Below the pieces are notes generated by a model. It made no database searches. It saw only the letters and a list, made by a program, of their open reading frames with translations, and was not told where the DNA came from. Positions 19,314 to 29,338 of a stretch of DNA of 64,000 nt are shown piece by piece. The stretch is taken from positions 7,055 to 71,054 of the forward strand of contig JBGAJW010000016.1 of assembly GCA_044224725.1 (NCBI GenBank), in the 5' to 3' direction. This stretch comes from Flavobacteriales bacterium. GTDB taxonomy: Bacteria; Bacteroidota; Bacteroidia; Flavobacteriales_F; PHOS-HE28. Positions within the stretch are counted from its first letter, which is position 1. Each line of letters begins with the position of its first letter. The position numbers and the translations under genes were made by a program.

Positions 19314-20876
19314 ATGATTCTTACGCGCCGCATGGACCGCATGCTCTTGCTCATCTCTTCCACGATCGCCGCATTGTGCGCCTTGGCACAGGCCCCCCCC
19401 TCGATCGACTGGCAGAAGGCCTTGGGTGGGTCCTTAAGGGACAAGGCGTATGCCGCTCACCCGACCATGGATGGTGGGTTCGTGGTGGTTGGCCAAACAC
19501 AATCCGACGATGGTGATGTGAGTGGGAACCATGGAGGCCTTGACGGCTGGTTGATAAAGCTGGGACCGACGGGGACAATCCAGTGGCAGAGGGCTTTGGG
19601 CGGGAGTGCGGACGACTGGTTGGCATGCACGCAACAGGTAGCCGACGGTGGCTACATCATGGCAGGTGCCGCCGAGTCCAACAATGGCAACTTTAGCGGC
19701 AACCATGGCGGTAAGGATTTCTGGGTGGTAAAGCTCAACGGGGAGGGCGTGCTCATCTGGCAAGTTTGCTTGGGTGGTGACCACTGGGATGAAGCGGCTT
19801 CGATCCAACAGACATTGGATGGGGGCTATATCGTGGCCGGCAGGACTGCATCCGACAATGACCAGGTCACGGGCTTTCACGGCGGCATGGATGTATGGGT
19901 AGTGAAGCTGGATGCATCGGGCGTGCTCCAATGGCAGAAGGCATACGGAGGCAGCCTGGCGGACGAGGCGAACTCCATCCGGCAGCTCAGCGATGGTGGC
20001 TACATCGTTTCCGGTTTTACTTATTCGAACGATGGTGATGTCACTGACAACCATGGGAGCTACGACTACTGGATCCTGAAGCTGGATGCCACAGGAACGC
20101 TTGAATGGCAGAAAACATTCGGAGGCAGTGAGAGCGATGAGGGGGAGCAGATACTCCCGACCGTTGATGGTGGATTCGTGGTGACCGGCAACACATCGTC
20201 AGGCGATGGCGACGTTTCCGAAGCGCCGGGAAACGGAGATATGTGGGTGTTGAAACTGGACAACGCGGGTGAACTCCTATGGGAACGTGCGTTTGGAGGA
20301 ACCGATAACGACTACGGCCGCTCCATCGTGATCACCGATGACGGGCACTACGTGATGGCGGGCTATTCCGGTTCGGCTGACGGCGACGTTCCCGGCAATC
20401 AAGGAGACTTCGACTATTGGGTCATCGATATGGATGAAAGCGGCACTCCGGGGTGGTCTCTTTCCCTGGGTGGCGGCGATGAGGACGAACTCCGATGGAT
20501 GGAGGCCACCAGCGATGGGGGCTACATCGTGTCGGGGGCCACCCTGTCCACCAGCGGGGACGTGACGGATAACCACGGGGACTATGACGTGTGGTTGGTG
20601 AAGCTCAACTTCTTCGTGGACGGGATCGCGGCCGACCAGCTACCGGCCTTCAGTGTTTCACCTAACCCAGCTTTCAGCCTCGTCCGCATCACAGCGGAAC
20701 GCTTCATCGACAATGGCGAATTGTGGCTCACAGATGCGACTGGTCGCATAGTGCTGAAAGAAGGAATGAACGGCATTACGAAGATTTTGGACCTGGAACA
20801 CCTCGCCGCGGGTTGCTACACGCTGAATGTGCATACCGGGGAGCATGTAAGTAGCACACGCCTGCTCTTGGAGTAG
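19314..20876 (+). CDS. T9SS-secreted protein made of eight tandem repeats of about 48 aa (beta-propeller blade-like) plus a C-terminal sorting domain
   Basis: Signal peptide, then eight copies of the consensus W(Q/E)(K/R)A(L/Y)GGSxxDxAxxIxQxxDGGYIVxGxTxSxDGDV(T/S)xNHGxxDxWVVKLDxxG. The C-terminus SVSPNPAFSLVRITA...GCYTLNVHTGEHVSSTRLLL is a T9SS domain. Confidence 0.65.
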   Translation: MILTRRMDRMLLLISSTIAALCALAQAPPSIDWQKALGGSLRDKAYAAHPTMDGGFVVVGQTQSDDGDVSGNHGGLDGWLIKLGPTGTIQWQRALGGSADDWLACTQQVADGGYIMAGAAESNNGNFSGNHGGKDFWVVKLNGEGVLIWQVCLGGDHWDEAASIQQTLDGGYIVAGRTASDNDQVTGFHGGMDVWVVKLDASGVLQWQKAYGGSLADEANSIRQLSDGGYIVSGFTYSNDGDVTDNHGSYDYWILKLDATGTLEWQKTFGGSESDEGEQILPTVDGGFVVTGNTSSGDGDVSEAPGNGDMWVLKLDNAGELLWERAFGGTDNDYGRSIVITDDGHYVMAGYSGSADGDVPGNQGDFDYWVIDMDESGTPGWSLSLGGGDEDELRWMEATSDGGYIVSGATLSTSGDVTDNHGDYDVWLVKLNFFVDGIAADQLPAFSVSPNPAFSLVRITAERFIDNGELWLTDATGRIVLKEGMNGITKILDLEHLAAGCYTLNVHTGEHVSSTRLLLE

Positions 20877-21449
20877 GAACCGCTTTACGCGGGCAACACA
20901 CCCTTCGGGTCATCTGATGTTCGGATGTAAACATGTGGCACTCGGGAAACACCCGAGAGCCGGGATGGCATTGCAAAGGAGTTTCATGAAGTTGGAAGGC
21001 AGCGTAGTGCCGAATATTCGACCTTCTTTCCCCCAAAACGCCAACAGCCTCCGCTGATCAAGCGAGGGCAGTTGGTAAGGCAGGTTCCGCTTGGGGCGGG
21101 TATTTGGCCGAGGAACGTGTTAGCCCCGTGGAAGGGCACCGCCACCGCTTATGCGACGCGGCTGGTCACGATCTCCGAGAGTGGGCCTTCGCCGGCGGCG
21201 TCGAGCGCCGTTACGCGAAACCTGTGCAAATCCTCACAACTCGCGTGAGCGTCGCCCTCGTCTGATATTGACTCCTGCTACCCTCGATCCGTACGGCCGC
21301 TGATCGTTTACTGATCCGCCCCATACGGACTGCACGGTCCGTTCCGTTCTCCCTCCGGTCTGTGGCGTGCTTTTTCCCGTTCATGGGCCGACCGTTACCT
21401 TTCGTCGACCGCGCCGTTCACAGATGATCGTGGACCGCTGCCTAGAACC

Positions 21450-22982
21450 ATGCGGAGCCCGGAGCGTATGAAGCCTACTTTTCGCCCCCACATGACGAAG
21501 ACCCGTACCCTGCGACTGGTCCTGGCCGCCTTCTTACCAGGTCTTTGTTCCATTCCCGTTTCCGCCCAGGATCCCATGGCCCCCGATGATGAGGTGCTCG
21601 CGCGGATCAATGACCTGAGCAACTTGCCCTGGCTGAAGAACGACCCGTTCAGCACGGACGTGGGCGCGTTGAACACGCATGGCTTCGCGCCTACCGACAC
21701 GCCGAGCTATTCGCCCGATGTGTTGCGCCAACGGCTCGCGTTGTTGGATGAGCGCACGCCTTTCAAGCTCACTTACAACGAACAAGTGCAGGGGTACATC
21801 GACATGTACACCCGCCGGAAAAGGGAACAGGCCGGGCGCATGCTCGGATTGGCCCAACTCTACTTCCCCGTATTCGAAGAGGCGTTGGACCGGCATGGTA
21901 TGCCGCAGGAGCTGAAGTACCTCGCCGTGGTAGAAAGTGCATTGTTCCCAGGTGCGAAATCACGCGCGGCGGCTGTGGGCCTCTGGCAGTTCATGATCGG
22001 TACCGGCAAGATGTACGGACTGGAAGTGGACAGCTACGTGGATGAACGCTGCGATGTGTACCAGAGCACCGAGGCCGCTTGCCTGTACCTGAAAGACCTC
22101 TATCGGATCTTCGGCAACTGGGAACTCGCGCTGGCCGCGTACAACTGCGGACCCGGCAACGTGAACAAGGCCATCCGCCGATCAGGAGGCACGGATTACT
22201 GGAGTGTGTACAACAACCTGCCCCGGGAAACGCGCGGCTATGTACCCGCCTTCATCGCGGTGAACTACCTCTTCAACCACGCGGCGGACCACAACATCTA
22301 CCCCGTGATCCCGAACTACTGCGCGTACGAGGTGGACACGGTGCAGGTGTGCTATCCGCTCGACCTGGCCAAGCTCGCCGAGATCACCGGTGCCAACACG
22401 CAGGAGCTCCTCGACCTGAACCCGGTATACAAGCAAGGCCGTGTGCCGGACATGAACCAGGAGGCGACGCTCTATCTGCCGCGCACGCTCGTGGACGAGT
22501 TCATCGACCGCGAGGATTTCATCCGCTACAGCTACGTGCCGGACATGCACATGCCCGCTCCCGTGGCCAAGGGTGCGAACAAGAGCACCGGCGCGGACGG
22601 CGCAACAGCAAAACGCACGCATACGGTCCGGCGCGGGGAATCGCTTGGTACCATCGCACATAAGAACCATGTGACCGTGGGCAACCTGCGCGCTTGGAAC
22701 AAATTGCGCAGCGACCGAGTACGTGTGGGCCAGAAGCTCATCGTGAGCAAGGCTTCAAGCGCTGCGGCTTCTGCGGACCAATCGTCCAACGAACAGAAAG
22801 TTCTCCCAAGCGCTGCCACGGAGATCATCTTCCATACCGTACAGCCGGGCGATACGCTGTGGGGCATCGCACAGCGCTATCCAGGCGCTTCCGTGGAAGA
22901 GATCAAGCGCATCAACAGCGATTCGGATCTGCGCCACCTCGTCGTGGGCAAGAAGATCAAGGTCTCGGTACAGAAGGGCTGA
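21450..22982 (+). CDS. mltD: Membrane-bound lytic murein transglycosylase D-like protein (SLT domain plus two C-terminal LysM domains)
   Basis: SLT catalytic region LKYLAVVESALFPGAKSRAAAVGLWQFMIGTGKMYGL...AAYNCGPGNVNKAIR. There are two LysM motifs (HTVRRGESLGTIAHKNHVTVGNLRAWN and HTVQPGDTLWGIAQRYPGASVEEIKRIN). The start may be at 21468 or 21492. Confidence 0.8.
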   Translation: MRSPERMKPTFRPHMTKTRTLRLVLAAFLPGLCSIPVSAQDPMAPDDEVLARINDLSNLPWLKNDPFSTDVGALNTHGFAPTDTPSYSPDVLRQRLALLDERTPFKLTYNEQVQGYIDMYTRRKREQAGRMLGLAQLYFPVFEEALDRHGMPQELKYLAVVESALFPGAKSRAAAVGLWQFMIGTGKMYGLEVDSYVDERCDVYQSTEAACLYLKDLYRIFGNWELALAAYNCGPGNVNKAIRRSGGTDYWSVYNNLPRETRGYVPAFIAVNYLFNHAADHNIYPVIPNYCAYEVDTVQVCYPLDLAKLAEITGANTQELLDLNPVYKQGRVPDMNQEATLYLPRTLVDEFIDREDFIRYSYVPDMHMPAPVAKGANKSTGADGATAKRTHTVRRGESLGTIAHKNHVTVGNLRAWNKLRSDRVRVGQKLIVSKASSAAASADQSSNEQKVLPSAATEIIFHTVQPGDTLWGIAQRYPGASVEEIKRINSDSDLRHLVVGKKIKVSVQKG

Positions 22983-22997
22983 GCACCTCACCCCAAC

Positions 22998-23018
22998 CCC
23001 TCTCCCGAGGAGAGGGGC
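22998..23018. terminator. Perfect GC-rich hairpin (9-bp stem CCCCTCTCC / GGAGAGGGG, 3-nt loop) 16 nt after the mltD stop. It is a candidate intrinsic terminator and one copy of a repeated palindrome.
   Basis: Sequence cccctctcccgaggagagggg. A T-run (ctttttc) lies about 25 nt downstream. Confidence 0.5.
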
Positions 23019-23226
23019 TTCGCAAGACCCTGCAGCTTTTTCACATTCCATTCCGCTCGAACCGGCTCCGGGCTTCCCATTGACGGTCAGGCAATAGGCC
23101 GAAGAAGGTGCGCGTTCTCATGGCAGGGCATCGTGCGATGTTGATAATTCAACGAGCCGAACGAGCCGGTCGTCGACTACTTTGCGGTGGTCATCAAGAC
23201 GGGTTTCTCGTCGATCACGCATCCGC

Positions 23227-23457
23227 ATGGAACTCACCCGCATCCGCCCCTTCGCCCACAAGCACTGCCGTTTCAAACTGCGCAGCGGCAAGGAAGTGTT
23301 CGGCGTGATCTGGGAAGTGGAGAGCACGGAGAAGCGCTCCCTCTTCTTCGCGAGCATCGGTGACTACGAGCGCCTGCAGCGCGATCCCCAAAAACCGGTC
23401 AGCGTCATCAACCTGCGGCCGGAGGAGATCATGCATGTGGAGAGCATCGCGAGTTGA
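23227..23457 (+). CDS. Small hypothetical protein (76 aa)
   Basis: An ORF with plausible composition but no recognised domain. Weak call. Confidence 0.25.
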   Translation: MELTRIRPFAHKHCRFKLRSGKEVFGVIWEVESTEKRSLFFASIGDYERLQRDPQKPVSVINLRPEEIMHVESIAS

Positions 23458-23496
23458 TCCGCAGATGTCGCTGATGACGCAGATGAATGCGTCAGG

Positions 23497-24021
23497 TCAA
23501 TCCATTTTGGTCGTCCTCACACCGATCGGTCGGTGCTGTGCCCATAACATGATCAGCGGGCTGATCATCAGGCTTACCGGAACGATGGAGAAGTACCATG
23601 GACGGAAAAACGTCCAACCGGAAGGCAGGTAGTCGCGATGCCACGACGTGATCAGGATCACGAACCGTTCGAACAGACTGAACGGATCAATGAGCAGCCA
23701 CGTGATCGCCCATGCCACCCACCATGAACGTCTGGCGCGTTCCAACAGAAGCGTGGTGATGATGACCAGGAGCGACAAAGGCCGTATCCAGAACCAGCGC
23801 GCGTGATGAAGATGGGCTGCCATCGTACTGGCCAGCCATGCGATCAATTCGAGGCCGGACCCGATGATCGCCAGCCAGGTGCAATACAACAGCATCCTGC
23901 TCCATGCCTCGGAGCGCTCACGATGGAATACGCGCCAGATGGCCAGCAACGGAATGGTCAGGACGAACAAAGCCTGAAGCAGGTCGGCCAGCGAGGCCAT
24001 GTATGGCCATGTTGCGGCCAT
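23497..24021 (-). CDS. Hypothetical integral membrane protein (about 175 aa, 4-5 TM segments), immediately downstream of and co-directional with the oligopeptidase gene
   Basis: Hydrophobic segments (LFVLTIPLLAIW, LLYCTWLAIIGSGLELIAWL, LSLLVIITTLLL, WWVAWAITWLLI, YFSIVPVSLMISPLIML). The start ATG abuts the ptrB stop. Confidence 0.4.
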   Translation of the reverse strand: MAATWPYMASLADLLQALFVLTIPLLAIWRVFHRERSEAWSRMLLYCTWLAIIGSGLELIAWLASTMAAHLHHARWFWIRPLSLLVIITTLLLERARRSWWVAWAITWLLIDPFSLFERFVILITSWHRDYLPSGWTFFRPWYFSIVPVSLMISPLIMLWAQHRPIGVRTTKMD

Positions 24022-24023
24022 CT

Positions 24024-26147
24024 TCACCGGCTGGACAGCAGCCTCGCGCGCTGAACGAGGAACGCATAGATCAGTGCAACCTCTTTCAGCCGTTCGAAAC
24101 GCCCACTGGCACCACCGTGGCCCGCCTCCATATTGGTCTTCAGGATGATCGGCTCGGCCGCCTTCTGGTGTTCGCGCAAGCGCTGCACCCATTTGGCCGG
24201 CTCCCAGTACTGCACCTGGCTGTCGTGGAAACCGGTCAGTACCAGCATCGCGGGATAGTCGGCGTCCTTCACGTTGTCATACGGTGAATAGGACAGCATG
24301 CGCTCATAGGCTTCCTTCTCCTTGGGGTCGCCCCACTCATCGAACTCGCCGGTGGTGAGCGGGATGCTGTCATCCATCATCGTGGACACCACATCCACGA
24401 AAGGCACTTCGGCCACTACGCCGTTCCACAGGTCGGGACGCATGTTGGTGACGGCGCCGACGAGCAGTCCCCCCGCACTGCCGCCCATGCAGAAGAGGCG
24501 TTGCGGATCGCTGTACTTGTTCTTCAGGAGGTACTCGGCGCAGTCGATGAAATCCGTGAAGGTGTTCATCTTGTGCTCCATCTTGCCGTTGTCGTACCAG
24601 TTGCGGCCGAGCTCTTCACCGCCCCGGATATGGGCCAGCGCGTAAACGAAGCCCCGGTCCAGCAACGATAGGCGTGCACTGCTGAAGGTCGGGTCCATGC
24701 TGATGCCATAGGAGCCATAGCCGTACAGGAGCGCGGGTGACGTTCCATCGATCCTGGTGCCCTTGCGGTATACGATGCTGATCGGAATACGCTGGCCGTC
24801 ACGCGCCGGTGCCCACACGCGCTCGCTCACATAGTCCGCCGCATTGAAGGTGCCCATGACCTCCTGCTGCTTGAGCAGGATGTCCTTCGCCGTGTTCAGG
24901 TCGTGCTCGTAGATCCCGTTCGGCGTGGTAAGGCTGGTGTATCCATAGCGCAGTTTGTCGCTGTCGTATTCCGGGTTCGTGCCGGTATAGGCCACATAAG
25001 CCGGGTCATTGAACACGATGGGATGGTCCACGCCCGTGCTGAGCTTGCGCACGCGCAGGTGCGTAAGGCCGTCCTTGCGCTCGCTGAAGACCATGTGGTC
25101 CTTGAACAGGTCCACGTCTTCCAGCAGGACGTCCTCACGGTGCGGCACCACTTCGGTCCATGCCGCCTTCGAGGTATTGGACACGGGGCACTTCATGAAG
25201 CGGAAGTTCGTGGCCTTCCAATTGGTGAGGATGAAGAACTCGCCATTGGCGTGTTGCACACTGTACTCGTGCTCTTCTTCGCGGGGAAGTACCACCCTGA
25301 ACGACCCCGTCGGTTCGCCCACCGGCAGGTACCATTCCTCGGTGCTCAATGTGCTGCCCGTCGTGATCATCACGAAGGCGTTGCTCCGGTCGCGGTACAC
25401 ATCACAGCTGAAGGCGCCGTCCTTCTCGTGGTAGACCTCCACGTCGCTCTTCTCGTCCGTGCCGAGCGTATGGCGGAAGATCTTGTAGTTGCGCAAGGTC
25501 TTGTCCTTCCTGCTGTAGAAGAAGGTCTTGTTGTCCGCCCAAGCGCCCCCTCCACTCGTGTTGGTGATAATGTCCGGCAGTTCTGCGCCGGTCGACAGGT
25601 CGCGGAACCGGATCGTGTACAGACGGCGGCTTACGGTGTCCACACTGTACGCGCAGAGCTCGTTGTCCGGGCTGATCTCGAAGTCTCCGAGATCGAAATA
25701 GTCATGCCCGACGGCCATGGTGTTCTCGTTGATGAAGTCCTCCAGCCTCTCCGGCTGGCCTCCGTCAGCGTTCGCCTTGCCGCGCATATGCACGGCATAC
25801 TCTTTCCCTTGTTCGAAGCGGTGGTTGTACCAGTACTTCATCTCTTGGAAGAGGGTTTCGCGGAGTTGCTTCACGGGGGCGAGAAGGCTGTCCGCATAGG
25901 CGTTCTCAGCGGTCAGATGCGCGATCACTTCCTGCGTGTGCACGTCCGGTTGCTTCGCCTCGCGCTGCTCCTCGCTCAGGCGCATCCAGAAGTACTCGTC
26001 GTTGCGCGCATGGCCGTGCTCGACCATTTCGTGGGGGACCTTTTTGGCCTGGGGGGGGCGGGGTTGTTCGCTGGGCATGTGGGTCATCGGCTCGCCGCAC
26101 GCTGCTATCATGCAGATACCTGCGATGAGGCCGGCGTTGTGGTACAT
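24024..26147 (-). CDS. ptrB: Oligopeptidase B / S9A prolyl-oligopeptidase-family serine peptidase, predicted lipoprotein. The ORF extends to 26207.
   Basis: C-terminal catalytic domain has GGSAGGLL (nucleophile Ser), ...DDSIPLTTGEFDEWGDP and ...HGGASGRF. The N-terminal beta-propeller region is present. N-terminus MYHNAGLIAGICMIAACGE has a lipobox. Confidence 0.85.
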   Translation of the reverse strand: MYHNAGLIAGICMIAACGEPMTHMPSEQPRPPQAKKVPHEMVEHGHARNDEYFWMRLSEEQREAKQPDVHTQEVIAHLTAENAYADSLLAPVKQLRETLFQEMKYWYNHRFEQGKEYAVHMRGKANADGGQPERLEDFINENTMAVGHDYFDLGDFEISPDNELCAYSVDTVSRRLYTIRFRDLSTGAELPDIITNTSGGGAWADNKTFFYSRKDKTLRNYKIFRHTLGTDEKSDVEVYHEKDGAFSCDVYRDRSNAFVMITTGSTLSTEEWYLPVGEPTGSFRVVLPREEEHEYSVQHANGEFFILTNWKATNFRFMKCPVSNTSKAAWTEVVPHREDVLLEDVDLFKDHMVFSERKDGLTHLRVRKLSTGVDHPIVFNDPAYVAYTGTNPEYDSDKLRYGYTSLTTPNGIYEHDLNTAKDILLKQQEVMGTFNAADYVSERVWAPARDGQRIPISIVYRKGTRIDGTSPALLYGYGSYGISMDPTFSSARLSLLDRGFVYALAHIRGGEELGRNWYDNGKMEHKMNTFTDFIDCAEYLLKNKYSDPQRLFCMGGSAGGLLVGAVTNMRPDLWNGVVAEVPFVDVVSTMMDDSIPLTTGEFDEWGDPKEKEAYERMLSYSPYDNVKDADYPAMLVLTGFHDSQVQYWEPAKWVQRLREHQKAAEPIILKTNMEAGHGGASGRFERLKEVALIYAFLVQRARLLSSR

Positions 26148-26228
26148 GGGTTCGATCCCGTGGGCTTGGGAAGACCATGGGGCGGGCAAGTTACCCCGGC
26201 CCTCCATTCCTTCCGGCCCGGGTCGGCA

Positions 26229-26951
26229 TCACTCCAGCACAGCGCGCAGGACATCCAGTGAACGAAGCTCTCCGAAGCCTGCCACATGGAGCCGATAGTA
26301 AATGAGCAGGTCTTCCAGCAGCCGACGTCGTACTTCCGCGGAGGTCCTCAGCAGGGTGACCGTCTCCCCCGGTGCTTCGATGCGGCCTATCAGTTCGGCG
26401 AAAAGGTCGACCTGCGCCGGTTCCATGCAGAACTCGTGAGGAGCTTGGCCGTGGAAGAAATAGCCTTCGCGCAGGTCGAAGCGGTGTTCACCCGCATCGG
26501 GGATCTCAGGGAAGAAGCCCAAGTGGCGAGACAGTCCAACGAGAAGCAAAAGCGGCTGATGGGTCATGTCCGATCCCGTGTCCATGTTTTCCAAGGTCTC
26601 CTGAAGGAAGCCGTAGAGTTGTGCGTCTTCGGACTCCTCGCGCAGGGTGCGGTTGAACACTTCCTGGGCGAAGAGCATCAGCACGCCACGCACCGGCTCC
26701 TGCTGCAGCCGCGTGTACGGCCGATCGATCCGCAGTTCGCGTACGGTACGGAGCTCATGCTCGCCCGCTTCCGGCACCACCAGTTCCACCCGGGACAAGG
26801 GTTGAAGCGCGGCCGATCGGGCAGTGCCCTTCCCTGCTGACCGGACCATGTAGGACCGCAATCCGAACCGCTCGGTATAGGCCCGCAACACGGTGCTCTT
26901 ATCGCCGTGCTTGATGGCCCTCAGGACGATGGCTCGCGTGGTCTGGACCAT
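26229..26951 (-). CDS. recO: DNA repair protein RecO
   Basis: N-terminal OB-fold region MVQTTRAIVLRAIKHGDKSTVLRAYTERFGLRSYMVRSA... The length (240 aa) and layout match RecO. Confidence 0.8.
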   Translation of the reverse strand: MVQTTRAIVLRAIKHGDKSTVLRAYTERFGLRSYMVRSAGKGTARSAALQPLSRVELVVPEAGEHELRTVRELRIDRPYTRLQQEPVRGVLMLFAQEVFNRTLREESEDAQLYGFLQETLENMDTGSDMTHQPLLLLVGLSRHLGFFPEIPDAGEHRFDLREGYFFHGQAPHEFCMEPAQVDLFAELIGRIEAPGETVTLLRTSAEVRRRLLEDLLIYYRLHVAGFGELRSLDVLRAVLE

Positions 26952-26977
26952 GCGCGAAGTTCAGCGCCGGGAACCGA

Positions 26978-29338
26978 TCACCGCACCACCATCACCTTGG
27001 TGTTGCAATGCGACGTACCGGTCGGGTCTGAAGCCAGCACGATGTACACGCCGCTGCTCACGCGTTGTCCGCTCAGATCCGTTGCCGGCCACACCGCTTG
27101 GCCGCCGTTGGAGATGGTCCTGTAAACGAGGTTGCCGGCCATGTCCGTGATGCGCACGTCGCTGTCCGCGATGAGGCCGGTAATGGCGACCGGCCCTTGG
27201 TACGTCCCGCGCACAGGATTGGGGAAAACCGTGGCGCAGTCGGCTTCCTTGGCCCCGTCGGTCGCTTCCCCCCGATAACTCACGATGCCCTGGTCCGTGC
27301 CGATGAACACTTCGCCGGTGTTGCCGTTGATGGTGATGCTCGTGACGTTGTTGCTGGGCATCGGGCTGTTCTCCTTGGTGAAATGCTCGAGTTGGGTGGT
27401 CCCGTCCGGACTCACCAGGAACACGCCGCTGCTCTGCGTTCCGAGCCATTTGCGATCGCCACCGTCCACCGTGATCGCGCTCACCACTTCGGTCTCCAAC
27501 AGGATCTGCACGTTCCCATCCTGTTCGATGAGGATCTGCTGGCAATCGAAGTTCTCATCACTGAATATGGCGTCCGGGTTGTAGAATACCGCGATACCCT
27601 TGCCCGTACCCACCCAGACCTCCCCATCCTGGTCCTCCGCGACGCTGAAGACGTCCATCGTCGGCAGTTTGCCCTGGTTCTCGTAAGTGGTGAGCACCTT
27701 GAACTGATCGTCGCCCGTGTCGTCGATGGTGCCGCCATCCGTGAAGACCAGCAAGCCACTGGTGCGGGGGCGCACCAGCCATTTCTGTCCGTTCTCCATG
27801 GCGGTGATATCGGACAACAGTTCGTTCCCGCCCAGGATGGTCCCGGGATCGAAGGACTTCCATGTCCCGTCCTTTTTGCGCACACTGATCACTTTCTGCG
27901 TGTTGGCGTTGGACACCCAGAGGTTGCCGTCCTTGTCGAAGTCCAATCCGCCGACATCCACGACGCCATCCGCAGGAGTTCCATTGGTGCCCAGCGAGCT
28001 GTTCGTCGCGTTCCATATGTTCTGTACCACGCCATCCTGCCATTCCAGCACCCCTTCCTCCCAGCTGCCCGTGTACGCATGGCCGGTTACCTCCGGGTCC
28101 ACCGCCACCGCCATCGGGTCCACGGCGCCTCCGCCGATCCCGTTCACTCCCATCATCAAGGGATCATCCGCTTCCCCCACCGTTCGCCATTCACCATCCC
28201 TGAAGAGATGCACTCCTTCATGACCGTATGCGTTGGTCCAGTTCCCCGTGACCGAGCCGGTGGCCACCATCAGCAGGTCGTTCCGCACATCCAGTTCGAT
28301 CGCACCGCTGGTACGGGGGCCATTCGGCAATGTGATGATGCCCGCCCCGCCCTCATCGCATCGGACCAGGCCCAGATTCAGGCTCGCCACCCAGACCCCT
28401 CCATTGGACGCCCCGGTAACGCTGGATACGATGAAGTTCCGTCCATTCGCCGAACTCGTGGAGAAGATCCGCTGTAAGCCATTGTCATATTGCCGCGTCT
28501 CGAAGATCTGTCCGATCACAAGTCGCTGCCCGTCCGGTGAGACGGACATTCCCCGGGTGTCCCTTCCATACGCGTCGGACAACCGCTGCCAGCCACCGTC
28601 CCAGAAGTAGATGGTATCGGTCTCGGCATTGCTGGGCGGGGGAGCGGACCAATTCACGAAGAGCCTGCCCGAAAACGATTCCACATCCGTGAAAAACCCG
28701 TCCGCCTGTGGCAGGTCGATCCGCTGGTGCCAACTGGTGAAGGCGGCCAGATTGGGTTCCTCCTTCCAGGCGCTGAACAGGCCCCTCTCCGTTGCCGCAT
28801 AGATGGAATCCTGGTGGAAGGTCAATGTGTTCACCCGATTCTGCGCGGCGTTCGGGAAAATGAACCAGGTATCCTTCACCTCATTGCGCGCCAGATCGAG
28901 CACGACAATACCGAAGCCACAGCTCAAATAGGCAAGTTCACCCTCGCAGGTGATGCCATAGATCCGCTTGTCCCCGATGATGCTGCTTCGCCGGATATCG
29001 CTCAGGTTCGTGCACACACCTCCGGAAACCACATCCACGTTGCCATTGCCGTAGCCGATCACCAAGGCGTTCCGCGCACTGTTCCAGCCCAGGGCGCTCA
29101 CGTCCACATCGTTCAGGGCATTCGTCTTGTTGATCCGCGCGACCTCGTTGCTGGCGGGGTCGAAACTGAAAATCCCGTTGCGCGTGGCGCAGTACGCCGT
29201 GCCGTTGCCTTCGACCACGGCCACCGTGGCGATGTAGCTGAAATGGTCGCGCCATTGGCCGATGGGGATCTGGGCATGCGCCGCGCAGGCGAGTGCGAAC
29301 TGGAGCGTGATAGCGGCCAGGGTACGGATGGATGGCAT
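26978..29338 (-). CDS. T9SS-secreted protein with two beta-propeller domains of the two-component-regulator propeller type (PorZ-like)
   Basis: Signal peptide (LQFALACAAHAQ). Repeated W/Y-containing propeller blades fill the first roughly 650 aa. The C-terminal T9SS sorting domain is (TVFPNPVRGTYQGPVAITGL...SGVYIVLASDPTGTSHCNTKVMVVR). Confidence 0.6.
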   Translation of the reverse strand: MPSIRTLAAITLQFALACAAHAQIPIGQWRDHFSYIATVAVVEGNGTAYCATRNGIFSFDPASNEVARINKTNALNDVDVSALGWNSARNALVIGYGNGNVDVVSGGVCTNLSDIRRSSIIGDKRIYGITCEGELAYLSCGFGIVVLDLARNEVKDTWFIFPNAAQNRVNTLTFHQDSIYAATERGLFSAWKEEPNLAAFTSWHQRIDLPQADGFFTDVESFSGRLFVNWSAPPPSNAETDTIYFWDGGWQRLSDAYGRDTRGMSVSPDGQRLVIGQIFETRQYDNGLQRIFSTSSANGRNFIVSSVTGASNGGVWVASLNLGLVRCDEGGAGIITLPNGPRTSGAIELDVRNDLLMVATGSVTGNWTNAYGHEGVHLFRDGEWRTVGEADDPLMMGVNGIGGGAVDPMAVAVDPEVTGHAYTGSWEEGVLEWQDGVVQNIWNATNSSLGTNGTPADGVVDVGGLDFDKDGNLWVSNANTQKVISVRKKDGTWKSFDPGTILGGNELLSDITAMENGQKWLVRPRTSGLLVFTDGGTIDDTGDDQFKVLTTYENQGKLPTMDVFSVAEDQDGEVWVGTGKGIAVFYNPDAIFSDENFDCQQILIEQDGNVQILLETEVVSAITVDGGDRKWLGTQSSGVFLVSPDGTTQLEHFTKENSPMPSNNVTSITINGNTGEVFIGTDQGIVSYRGEATDGAKEADCATVFPNPVRGTYQGPVAITGLIADSDVRITDMAGNLVYRTISNGGQAVWPATDLSGQRVSSGVYIVLASDPTGTSHCNTKVMVVR

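Noticed and set aside
24903-26261. 452-aa plus-strand ORF inside the oligopeptidase B gene
   Set aside because: It is antisense to a gene with clear S9 catalytic motifs, and its Arg/Val/His-rich composition is typical of spurious GC-rich ORFs. The same reasoning applies to 27065..28477, 58355..59797, 14292..15440, 4311..5600 and 1737..2498.
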